This document shows, one piece after another, positions 6,913-14,848 of a DNA stretch of 45,009 nucleotides. Below the pieces are notes generated by a model that saw nothing but the letters and a program-made list of their open reading frames with translations, did not search any database and was not told the DNA's origin. Positions within the stretch are counted from its first letter, which is position 1. Each line of letters begins with the position of its first letter. Source of the DNA: Alphaproteobacteria bacterium (GTDB lineage Bacteria; Pseudomonadota; Alphaproteobacteria; Rs-D84); assembly GCA_016301865.1 (NCBI GenBank), contig JAEDOP010000001.1, forward strand, positions 1 to 45,009, given 5' to 3'. A program made the position numbers and the translations under genes.

Positions 6913-8247
6913 ATGAAAGACGAAATGACATTTGACCCGGCGTTGGCCGCATTGGTCGAACCCGAAAAGGAACAGGCGATGGAAATTGCGCCCGGAATGA
7001 CTGTTGAAGAAATCCGCGCCGTGTATTTCAATGCGGATGCGTTGAAAGAACCCGCGTACCGGTTGTTCCAACTCAATTCCGACGGACACCGGTATTATTA
7101 CCGCTTCAACGATGCTGGGGAACCGGAATTTTACCCGTCCGTCACGACGTTGTTAAAACAGGTTATGCCGACCCCGCCCGCCCTGTTGGATTGGATGATT
7201 GCCAACGGCAAGGACGGTTCCGCGGAAAAGCGGGATTTGGCCGCCGCGTATGGAACGTTTATGCACGGCCAATTTGAAACGCTTATTATTAACCGGCGTT
7301 ACGACTTTGATTCCGTCCCGGCCACCTTGTTGACATATATGGAACGGGAAAACTTGCCCGAAAAGGTGTTTGCCGAATGGTTGCCGAAAGTACGAAAAGA
7401 TGTGTTGGCGTTCGCCCAATTCATAAAGGATTGGAACGTAAAGCCGTTGGCCGTAGAAATCGGCTTGTACCATCCGAAATTCCATTATGCCGGTTGCCTT
7501 GACTTGCCGTGCGTTATGACTGACCCGAAAACCGGAAAATCGTTCGTGGCAATTGTGGATTTCAAAAGCGGCCGGAAAGGTTTTTACGAAGAACACGAAT
7601 TGCAATTGCATTTATACCGGGAAATGTGGAATGTCCATTATCCAGAAATGCCGGTTGCCCGTGTGTTCAACTTTTCGCCGAAAGATTGGCGCAAGGCCCC
7701 GACGTACAATTTGAAAGACCAAACGGATTCCGAGAACGCCAAGAAATTGCCGTACCTGTTGGCGTTGGCAACGATTGAGGATGAAAAGCGGGATAACACG
7801 TTGACGATTGTACGCGGCGTTTTGGACCTTGACAAAGGCAAGATTTCCGACAACATCTTGAATTTGTCGTTGGCCGAACTTATCAAGACGAAAGCGGCCG
7901 AAAAGGACGCGCCCGAACAGGCAGCGAAAGCCCCGGAAATTTCCAAAGAGGAAATCGAAATTGCCTTAAAAGCCTTGGGAATTTCTCAGGATGCGCCGGA
8001 ACCCGCCAAGAAAGGCCGAAAACGGGCCGTAAAACGCGCCGAACAGACCGAACCGATAAATTCCCCGTCCGAACCGGAAAAGCCCGTTAAAACGGAAATT
8101 CCGGGAAAATTACCGGATGATGGCGCAATAGACAAATTGCCTTGGGAAAATGAACCGGAATCGGCCAAGCCCGCCGGACCTGCGCCGGAACAGATGGCGG
8201 AACAGGCGGCAAAGGATAATTTGTTAAACGACGAAATCGAACTGTAA
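6913..8247 (+). CDS. PD-(D/E)XK (RecB/Cas4-like fold) exonuclease with a disordered P/E/K-rich C-terminal tail
   Basis: GCLDL ... IVDFKSG ... ELQLHLY matches the D...(D/E)xK...QxxxY nuclease motifs. The last ~130 aa are low-complexity. Confidence 0.6.
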   Translation: MKDEMTFDPALAALVEPEKEQAMEIAPGMTVEEIRAVYFNADALKEPAYRLFQLNSDGHRYYYRFNDAGEPEFYPSVTTLLKQVMPTPPALLDWMIANGKDGSAEKRDLAAAYGTFMHGQFETLIINRRYDFDSVPATLLTYMERENLPEKVFAEWLPKVRKDVLAFAQFIKDWNVKPLAVEIGLYHPKFHYAGCLDLPCVMTDPKTGKSFVAIVDFKSGRKGFYEEHELQLHLYREMWNVHYPEMPVARVFNFSPKDWRKAPTYNLKDQTDSENAKKLPYLLALATIEDEKRDNTLTIVRGVLDLDKGKISDNILNLSLAELIKTKAAEKDAPEQAAKAPEISKEEIEIALKALGISQDAPEPAKKGRKRAVKRAEQTEPINSPSEPEKPVKTEIPGKLPDDGAIDKLPWENEPESAKPAGPAPEQMAEQAAKDNLLNDEIEL

Positions 8248-8248
8248 G

Positions 8249-9136
8249 ATGGCACAACGAACGAAAGATATGTTTACGCGGGATTGGATTATTGAAAATT
8301 CCGTTGATATATTAAGCCGATACGAACCCGGTGTTTTGACAATTCGCGGTTTGCATTATCAATTAGTAAGCCGTGGAATGACAAACGACATTCAACATTA
8401 TAAACGCGTTGTTGCCGCAACCGGTCAAGCCCGTTGGGATGGCGTTATTGCGTTTGACGCGTTTAGTGACCGCGACCGGGCCTTGGCCTGTTCCACATCA
8501 TCCGAATTAACCTATTTGGAAGATGCGGAAGAAATTGCCAAAGAACAGGTCCGTTTGTGGATGACATCATACCACAAAAACCGTTGGGAAAACCAACCAT
8601 ATTATCCGGAAGTTTTCATTGAAAAAAAAGCGTTGGAGGGCGTTTTTTATAAGCCGTGCAAACGTTATGGAATTGCCCTTGGTGCGTGTAAAGGTTATCC
8701 ATCGTTGACGTTCTTACACGATGCCGCAATACGTTTTCGTGCCGCCGCGATGGATGGTAAAATACCAATCATTTTGTATTTCGGCGATTATGACCCATCC
8801 GGCGAAGATATACCCCGGGCGTTAAAGGAAAACATCATAAATTTAGGATGTCCAGATATTGAGGTACGCCGCGTGTGTTTGATGGAAGAACAGGTTTTGG
8901 CGTGGAAATTACCACCCGCACCGGCAAAATTGACCGATTCCCGGACGGCGAATTGGGACGGTTTGGGGCAAGTTGAATTAGATGCCGTAAAACCCGAAAA
9001 ATTGATTTCATTGTTGGATAATGCCGTGGCCGAAATATTCGACGAACGATTGTATTATGAATTGATTACGGCGGAAGAATCGGAACGTAAAATTTTCCGT
9101 GACGATATGAAATATTTTGTTGATAATGAATTGTAA
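8249..9136 (+). CDS. Stand-alone Spo11/Topo VI-A-like protein (5Y-CAP-like plus Toprim; 'Mini-A'-like)
   Basis: R33-G-L-H-Y37 parallels the Spo11 R-x-x-x-Y catalytic tyrosine context. VFIE125KKAL and FGD180YD182PSGEDI match the Toprim E and DxD(P)xG of Topo VI-A. The start lies 1 nt after the exonuclease stop. Confidence 0.55.
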   Translation: MAQRTKDMFTRDWIIENSVDILSRYEPGVLTIRGLHYQLVSRGMTNDIQHYKRVVAATGQARWDGVIAFDAFSDRDRALACSTSSELTYLEDAEEIAKEQVRLWMTSYHKNRWENQPYYPEVFIEKKALEGVFYKPCKRYGIALGACKGYPSLTFLHDAAIRFRAAAMDGKIPIILYFGDYDPSGEDIPRALKENIINLGCPDIEVRRVCLMEEQVLAWKLPPAPAKLTDSRTANWDGLGQVELDAVKPEKLISLLDNAVAEIFDERLYYELITAEESERKIFRDDMKYFVDNEL

Positions 9137-9137
9137 T

Positions 9138-9500
9138 ATGACGGTTAAAGATTTACAAATTGGGTCGCCGGTTTACCGGGTGAAAATAAATTCAATAGAC
9201 GTTTTACGTGTTCGTCTTATTCAGCAAATGAATGATGGGACGCATTCAGTTGGATTGTCGAACGGACTGCGTTGCAATGCCAAGGAAGATGCAACCGAAA
9301 TGCGCAATATCAATTCGTCGGAAACAGTTTGGTATCTCAACATTGAGGATGCCGAATTAGCCCAACTTATGCGCCGTTCCGAACACGTCGAAAACTTGAA
9401 AAAGGCAATGGAAAATGCACAAAACGCGTTTGCCGATGCAATCCAACGTTACGCATTTGCCGAACCGTCAACACCGAAAGAATATGACCTGTCATTGTAG
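9138..9500 (+). CDS. Hypothetical protein (120 aa)
   Basis: ATG directly after the stop at 9136. AT-richer than its surroundings. Confidence 0.55.
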   Translation: MTVKDLQIGSPVYRVKINSIDVLRVRLIQQMNDGTHSVGLSNGLRCNAKEDATEMRNINSSETVWYLNIEDAELAQLMRRSEHVENLKKAMENAQNAFADAIQRYAFAEPSTPKEYDLSL

Positions 9501-9675
9501 CGAACGTTCAAAGAAAATTCCAGAACGTAGATGGAAAATTTTACAATATCACTGCAATTATTCCGCATTTGGTGGATATAGATATAATTATTCCGATTAT
9601 AGTTGTATAAGATGCGAAATTTGTGGTGCGGTTTGGAGAACAAACGCAAAATATGTTGATGAAATAAAACGGTAA
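9484..9675 (+). CDS. Small Cys-rich (zinc-binding?) protein (63 aa)
   Basis: MTCHC ... C ... CIRCEIC. The ATG at 9484 is chosen within track ORF 9415..9675. Confidence 0.45.
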   Translation: MTCHCSERSKKIPERRWKILQYHCNYSAFGGYRYNYSDYSCIRCEICGAVWRTNAKYVDEIKR

Positions 9676-9679
9676 TACT

Positions 9680-10405
9680 ATGCGAGGAAGAATTTACAGA
9701 AATGAACAGGGCGCGGCAATCCTTGAATTGCCCGAAATCGGCCGGTTGCACATCGGCAAAAAACAGATGGGCCAAAACGGCAAGGAATACCCGGTGTCCG
9801 TGGATTATTTCATACCGGCCGGAAAGTATGCCGGGATGTTCACGCAAGCGTTGGGCGATAAGCCGCAAACCATCCAAGTAATATTCCCGGATGATTCCCC
9901 GGAAAAGGTATGCAACGAAAGGTACGAATATCGCGACAATGCGGGTGCATTGGTTGCCAAGGGCGACGGACGGACGTTCGAAATTTGGGACGGCAAAAAA
10001 TACGTTCCATATTCGGTTGATGCTTACCCGGATATTATGGACCAAATCGCAAAGAACAACCCGACCAAGCGCGGGACCGACAACTGGGATATTGTCTTAA
10101 CATTGCGGTTCATTGTCCCGGCCGTCCGGGGAATCGTTGGCGTGTGGCAATTTTCGACCAAGGGCAAGGCATCAAGCGTCCGGAATATCCGGGAATCGTT
10201 CGACGGTGTGCAAATGATGCGCGGAACGGTTACGCAAAGTGTGTTTGATTTATCTGTACAGTTTGCCAAGAGTAACAAACCGGGCGTATCGTCCCGTTAT
10301 CCTGTTGTATCGTTGGTTGCCAACGATACCCGGATTGAGGCAATACGCAAAGCGATTGCACCAACGCAAAATTTGTCGTTACTGTTGCCGGATGGAAAAA
10401 AATAA
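9680..10405 (+). CDS. Hypothetical protein of the recombination/replication module (241 aa)
   Basis: Long ATG ORF. I could not assign a family with confidence. Confidence 0.6.
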   Translation: MRGRIYRNEQGAAILELPEIGRLHIGKKQMGQNGKEYPVSVDYFIPAGKYAGMFTQALGDKPQTIQVIFPDDSPEKVCNERYEYRDNAGALVAKGDGRTFEIWDGKKYVPYSVDAYPDIMDQIAKNNPTKRGTDNWDIVLTLRFIVPAVRGIVGVWQFSTKGKASSVRNIRESFDGVQMMRGTVTQSVFDLSVQFAKSNKPGVSSRYPVVSLVANDTRIEAIRKAIAPTQNLSLLLPDGKK

Positions 10406-10406
10406 C

Positions 10407-10414
10407 TATATTTG
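10407..10414 (+). promoter_or_regulatory. TAnnTTTG (-7-like) promoter motif upstream of the HNH gene
   Basis: TAtaTTTG. A CAACGG/CCGTTG hairpin follows in the leader. There is no clear -33 TTTG. Confidence 0.3.
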
Positions 10415-10517
10415 TGGCAACAAACGTGTGTGGCCGCGCACGAACTGAAATTTAATGCCCTGTAAAGTAAGCCAACGGCGGCCACCGTTGACCGAAATAC
10501 GGGGCGTTTTTGATTTT

Positions 10518-10883
10518 ATGGATTACAGACGACTATATGAAAATCATTATGGCATAACGATTCCGTCGGAATATGAAATACACCATATTGATTTCAACAG
10601 GGACAACAATAACATTGAAAACCTTTTGTTGTTGCCGAAAGATTTGCACCGGAAATTGCATTGGGTCCGGAATACATCTTGCGTAAATCTTGACGGATTT
10701 TTTGATTTCCAAGGAATTGCCGCACAACGTCCAATGGATTACGAACGGCGTTGCATAAATGCCGCGTTGGATGTTTACGACAAATTGCAAATTTGGTCGT
10801 GTCGGAAGAATTGCGAAGATATGAAATTGCATTTTCCCGGATGTGCTAGTTATTATGATTATTCAATTTTTAGAATTAGTTAA
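10518..10883 (+). CDS. HNH endonuclease (free-standing)
   Basis: EIHHIDFNRDNNNIENLLLLPKDLHRKLH is an H-N-H motif. The gene is an AT-rich island. ATG at 10518 is chosen within track ORF 10455..10883. Confidence 0.75.
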   Translation: MDYRRLYENHYGITIPSEYEIHHIDFNRDNNNIENLLLLPKDLHRKLHWVRNTSCVNLDGFFDFQGIAAQRPMDYERRCINAALDVYDKLQIWSCRKNCEDMKLHFPGCASYYDYSIFRIS

Positions 10884-11663
10884 ATGGAAACGCGAACATT
10901 CAAAATTGATAATTACATAACGGTTCCCGGATTCGCTATTGTCGAACTTGGATTGTCTGGGAACGATTTGTTGTGTTATTCGTTGATATACGGATTTACC
11001 CAAGACAAAGAGACCGAATTTCGTGGGTCATTGAATTACGTTGCATCGGCCTTGAACGTGACGAAGCAGAACGCCAAAAAGATTATTGACCGGTTGATTG
11101 ACCGGGGATTGATTGAGAAACGCGAAATGTTCTTTTCCGGCGTGAAATTTTGCCATTATGTCGCAAACAGATACGGCGTTGCTGAAATAGCAACGGGGCG
11201 TTGTCAAAACAACAACGGGGGTGTTGCTGAAATAGCAACGGGGGGTGTTGCTAAAATAGCAACGAATATTGATAATAAAGATAATTCTATTGATAACATA
11301 GAAGATACCGCCGACGGCGTTTTATTCCCGACCGAACCGGCATTTGAAACGGTTACAGTTACCCGGCCGCACCGGACCGCTGAACCGGCCGCGTGTCTGT
11401 TCGAAAATTCCAGGTTCGCTGATTACAATGCGTTTGCCGCCGAATTTACGGCCCCGAAATTTGCGGACGTGGATATTGTGTATTATTACCACGCCGTTGC
11501 CGATTGGTCCGCGCAACACGGGCGAAAAATGAAAGATTGGATTGCAACGGCGCGGAATTTCATTCGTGGCGATATGGAAAAGGGCAAGTTGCACCGGAAA
11601 AGCGGGACCGGGCCGGCATTGTCCCCGGATGCAATCAAATATTTACAAGATATGGCTGATTAA
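10884..11663 (+). CDS. Replication initiator / replisome-organiser-like winged-HTH protein
   Basis: N-terminal LCYSLIYGFTQ...SLNYVASALNVTKQNAKKIIDRLIDRGLIEKRE resembles a wHTH. The gene contains iteron-like DNA repeats internally (11178-11263). Confidence 0.5.
   Translation: METRTFKIDNYITVPGFAIVELGLSGNDLLCYSLIYGFTQDKETEFRGSLNYVASALNVTKQNAKKIIDRLIDRGLIEKREMFFSGVKFCHYVANRYGVAEIATGRCQNNNGGVAEIATGGVAKIATNIDNKDNSIDNIEDTADGVLFPTEPAFETVTVTRPHRTAEPAACLFENSRFADYNAFAAEFTAPKFADVDIVYYYHAVADWSAQHGRKMKDWIATARNFIRGDMEKGKLHRKSGTGPALSPDAIKYLQDMAD
11174..11305 (+). repeat. Iteron array plus AT-rich tract (candidate replication origin)
   Basis: The palindromic 17-mer GTTGCTGAAATAGCAAC occurs at 11178-11194, 11223-11239 and 11247-11263 (the last as GTTGCTAAAATAGCAAC), with a degenerate copy near 11201. 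An AT-rich stretch follows with TATTGATAA twice (about 11267 and 11289). Confidence 0.55.
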
Positions 11664-11666
11664 GCG

Positions 11667-12566
11667 ATGGAACAGAACAACAACCAAATTGCCGTCCGGC
11701 CGGTACAGAAAACGGCCGTTATGATACGCCGGGAAATGGTCAAGATTCCCGCCGTTATGGGAGCGTTGGGACCTGTTGAAAGGGCCGTGTTTCTTGCGTC
11801 CACGGCGAAAACCATTGCCGAATATAACGCCGCCGAACTTTCCGCCGAATTGGCCGTGGCCTTGAAATGGATTTGCAAAGATGTTGGGTACAGGTCCCCG
11901 GATGAAAGCGACCGCCAATATTTGGTAATACGGACCGCCGAAATACTGAAACGGTATTATACCGGTTTAACGTTAAAGGATTTCCGGATGGCTTTCGAAA
12001 TGAGCATAACCGGAGAATTGGATGATTTCTTGCCGCGTGGACGCGATGGCCAACCCGACCGGAACCATTACCAACAATTCAACGCTGAATATGTTTGCAA
12101 GATTTTGAACGCATACAAAGGCCGCCGGGCGTGGGTATTGAGGAAAGCACATGAAGCGGTCCCGAAAGAAGAACCCAAACCGGACCCAGAACGCGAAAAG
12201 TATTACAGAAACGAAACCCGGAAAGGATGTATCAAGGCGTTCGAATCATTCAAGGAAAACCGCCGGTTGCCCGAAATGTCGCCAATTGACGAAATGTTAT
12301 ATTACAACGAATTGGCTGCCGTCGGGCTTGCTGATGAAATCGAAATTACATTGGCCGACCAAAAGGAAATTTTGCAACGCACAATCAACGATTACGCCCG
12401 GCGCGGATATATCGGCGACGTTCGCCGGTTAAAGGAATCTGGAACCGACGACCCGGAATTGAAACACGGTTCGTTCGTATTGGCCCGGCGCAAGGCGTTG
12501 AAAGCCGCATTTGCCAAGATGGCGGCCAACGGAATTAACATAACGGATTATATCAAATTAGACTGA
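11667..12566 (+). CDS. Hypothetical protein, replication module (299 aa)
   Basis: Long ATG ORF immediately downstream of the initiator. No motif recognised. Confidence 0.6.
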   Translation: MEQNNNQIAVRPVQKTAVMIRREMVKIPAVMGALGPVERAVFLASTAKTIAEYNAAELSAELAVALKWICKDVGYRSPDESDRQYLVIRTAEILKRYYTGLTLKDFRMAFEMSITGELDDFLPRGRDGQPDRNHYQQFNAEYVCKILNAYKGRRAWVLRKAHEAVPKEEPKPDPEREKYYRNETRKGCIKAFESFKENRRLPEMSPIDEMLYYNELAAVGLADEIEITLADQKEILQRTINDYARRGYIGDVRRLKESGTDDPELKHGSFVLARRKALKAAFAKMAANGINITDYIKLD

Positions 12567-13324
12567 TGGAAAAGCCGTGTACGACGTGCCGATATGGTCA
12601 AAAACAATTCATACAAAGGCCACGGCCGGACAAATATTTGTATGAATTACACAACGTTTACGCAGGAATTATTTGCACTAAATACAACGGTCCGTTTGGG
12701 CGGGATTGCCAAGATTACAAAAATTGGCGTGTCATTCAAAGGGCCGAAAAATTACAACGAAAGATGGAACAGAAAATTAAGATTTCGGCGGTTATTGGGA
12801 TTGACCCGGGAAGCAATGGCGGTCTGGCGGTATTCATTCCGGGCCAAAACGTCAAGGTCGTAAGGATGCCGAAAGACATTACCGAATTGCGGGATTTATT
12901 CGCGTATTACAACGACAATTTCAAACCGATTGTGTTTCTTGAAAAATTGTCCGTCCGGCCCGATGATGTTATGGTACAGGGCGACCGGGCCGCAATGGGA
13001 AAGTTGTACAGGATACAAAAGATGATGGCCAATTTTGAACACTTGAAAGCCCTAATTGAAACGGCCGGAATCCCGTATGTATTGGTTCATCCTCTTTCGT
13101 GGCAAACCAAATTGAAATTGAGGGTACGCGGCCAACACGAAGAAAAGGCCGACCGGAAACGCCGTTACAAGGAAGCGGCCGCGCAATATTACCCGGGCGT
13201 CAATGTTACGTTATGGAACGCGGATGCCCTGTTGTTAATGCATTTTGGACGTTGGGCGTTGGTCAATGAACCGAAATGGGTAAAGGCGAATTTGCCGGAA
13301 CGTGAATACCTAAAATTATTTTGA
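12566..13324 (+). CDS. RuvC-like Holliday junction resolvase
   Basis: VIGIDPGSNGGLAV (Asp motif), VFLEKL (Glu) and NADALLLMHFG (DA motif) fit the RuvC fold. The N-terminus carries CTTC. Confidence 0.65.
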   Translation: MEKPCTTCRYGQKQFIQRPRPDKYLYELHNVYAGIICTKYNGPFGRDCQDYKNWRVIQRAEKLQRKMEQKIKISAVIGIDPGSNGGLAVFIPGQNVKVVRMPKDITELRDLFAYYNDNFKPIVFLEKLSVRPDDVMVQGDRAAMGKLYRIQKMMANFEHLKALIETAGIPYVLVHPLSWQTKLKLRVRGQHEEKADRKRRYKEAAAQYYPGVNVTLWNADALLLMHFGRWALVNEPKWVKANLPEREYLKLF

Positions 13325-13325
13325 A

Positions 13326-13652
13326 ATGCCGACCAAGATATTTACGACCATAACCGGCCCGTGTCCGTTCGGAAAGAACGTAACGATTGATACCCCGGGT
13401 TGCCGGTCGTGCGAATACTTTTACAGGACCGGAACCGGGATGTTCTTCTGGTGCAACAATCCCGTTCCAAAATTGGAAGAATCCGTGCTAAAATCCGGCG
13501 AAAGTGTACCGAAAACGACTAAAAATGTTCCAGAGACACGGAAACGCGTACCCAAAACCACAAAATCGGGTACAGAACCCAAGAAACGAGGACGCCCGGC
13601 CGGAAAGGCCGAAAAGAAGCCCGTAAAGACACGCAAAAAGAAAAATGGATAA
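13326..13652 (+). CDS. Cys-rich N-terminal domain plus basic tail with an AT-hook (DNA-binding protein candidate)
   Basis: CPFG..C..C...C at the N-terminus. The tail reads VPKTTKNVPETRKRVPKTTK..KKRGRPAGK, which contains an RGRP AT-hook core. Confidence 0.5.
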   Translation: MPTKIFTTITGPCPFGKNVTIDTPGCRSCEYFYRTGTGMFFWCNNPVPKLEESVLKSGESVPKTTKNVPETRKRVPKTTKSGTEPKKRGRPAGKAEKKPVKTRKKKNG

Positions 13653-13680
13653 GTTGTACCAAGACGGGCCAAAATGCCCG

Positions 13681-13689
13681 TAAATCGAA
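13681..13689 (+). promoter_or_regulatory. TAAATCGAA box, copy 3 of 3
   Basis: cccgTAAATCGAAaatttggcaaaaataacg, preceded by the hairpin ACGGGC/GCCCGT (13664-13681). Confidence 0.4.
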
Positions 13690-13741
13690 AATTTGGCAAA
13701 AATAACGCCCGGTTGTTGGAGACACCAAAATTGTTTGATTT

Positions 13742-14146
13742 ATGAATTTTAAGTATAAAATAGCACGTTATTTATGTGGGACGTTGCAAACGTCGGACAT
13801 TTCATTTACTAAACGAAATGCCGCCGAAAATTGTATAAATGGACAGGTAAACCCGCAACAATGGTTTATACTGAAATTGGGCGGATTGAAAGATATTTGC
13901 GCGAGGGCGGTAAAGAAATACGGCAAAGAATCACAAAAGCGGATGGCAATTGAAGAAACGTCCGAATTGATAAACGCATTAATGAAAGAAACACGGGGCC
14001 GTGTTACTGATGCCGATATAATAACGGAAATAGCCGACGTGCAAATTATGATGGAACAATTATCTATCATATACGGTTATGAAGAGGTAGCAAGGGAACG
14101 AGAACGTAAGTTGGAACGATTAGTTGCACGAATAACCAATGGTTAA
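13742..14146 (+). CDS. mazG: MazG-like nucleotide pyrophosphohydrolase
   Basis: RMAIEETSELINALMKE ... ITEIADVQIMMEQL matches the EExxE...ExxD MazG helices. Confidence 0.6.
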   Translation: MNFKYKIARYLCGTLQTSDISFTKRNAAENCINGQVNPQQWFILKLGGLKDICARAVKKYGKESQKRMAIEETSELINALMKETRGRVTDADIITEIADVQIMMEQLSIIYGYEEVARERERKLERLVARITNG

Positions 14147-14330
14147 TGTTTGTATTCATCGCGACCCATACGGAGCGTACCGGGTATTTTGCAAGCGTGC
14201 CAAATACAAACATTGGCACGAATTAGGAAAACACCGGGAAACCGACGCGGCGTTTGAACAGGCATTGGCGGCCGGAACGGTTGTCTGGTTGCCGAAAATC
14301 ATTGAACCGCCAACGTTGTTTGAAAAATAA
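14139..14330 (+). CDS. Hypothetical protein (63 aa)
   Basis: The ATG overlaps the end of the MazG gene. Confidence 0.5.
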   Translation: MVNVCIHRDPYGAYRVFCKRAKYKHWHELGKHRETDAAFEQALAAGTVVWLPKIIEPPTLFEK

Positions 14331-14341
14331 ATGAAAAAAGT

Positions 14342-14435
14342 TTTGGTAATTAAAAATAAATACTTACCTTTGTATCCGGGTTGAGGTTACAACCCGACGG
14401 CCCGGGCCGGTTCCCGGATATAAAACTAATGAGTT
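14342..14435 (+). promoter_or_regulatory. Promoter plus structured-leader cassette D
   Basis: TTTG at 14342-14345, 19-nt spacer, TAccTTTG at 14365-14372. Hairpin 1 is GGGTTG/CAACCC (14378-14395). Hairpin 2 is CCGGG-CCGGTT-CCCGG (14402-14417). The ATG is at 14436. Confidence 0.6.
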
Positions 14436-14669
14436 ATGAAAGCAAAGGAACTTAAAAACGGGACGTACACAATTAGCGGTATTACCAAAGAAGAAATTAT
14501 TGCGATGGCCGATTATATGGCGTTTGCTGAAAGAGCCGAACACGGTTATATGCACAATGTTGAGGAAATGCGCAAAAGGATTGACGAAATACGCGAAAAT
14601 GGGACTACCGAAAAAATATATATGATGGAATTTTTATTTCGTTGTATGGCAAACGATTTGAGGAAATAA
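14436..14669 (+). CDS. Hypothetical early protein (77 aa)
   Basis: First ORF behind cassette D. Confidence 0.6.
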   Translation: MKAKELKNGTYTISGITKEEIIAMADYMAFAERAEHGYMHNVEEMRKRIDEIRENGTTEKIYMMEFLFRCMANDLRK

Positions 14670-14674
14670 GGAAT

Positions 14675-14748
14675 TGCGTCGTAGTGTAACGGTAACACCC
14701 AAGTTTTTGGCACTTGTATTCCCCGTTCGAATCGGGGCGGCGCAACCA
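14675..14748 (+). tRNA. tRNA-Gln (anticodon TTG), CCA encoded
   Basis: Hand-folded cloverleaf. Acceptor TGCGTCG/CGGCGCA (one G-U pair), D arm GTGT/ACAC, anticodon stem CAAGT/ACTTG with loop TT-TTG-GC, T arm CCCCG-TTCGAAT-CGGGG, discriminator A, then CCA. Confidence 0.8.
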
Positions 14749-14756
14749 AAAAAAAT

Positions 14757-14838
14757 ACCCGTGTGGCGAAATGGTAGCCGCGCAACACTCAAAATATTGT
14801 ACCGTAATGGTGTGCCGGTTCGAATCCGGCCACGGGTA
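14757..14838 (+). tRNA. tRNA-Leu (anticodon CAA), long variable arm
   Basis: Acceptor ACCCGTG/CACGGGT, D region TGGCGAAATGGTAGCCGCG (Leu-type), anticodon loop CT-CAA-AA, variable arm ACC-GTAAT-GGT, T arm GCCGG-TTCGAAT-CCGGC. Confidence 0.8.
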
Positions 14839-14848
14839 CGAAAACGGA

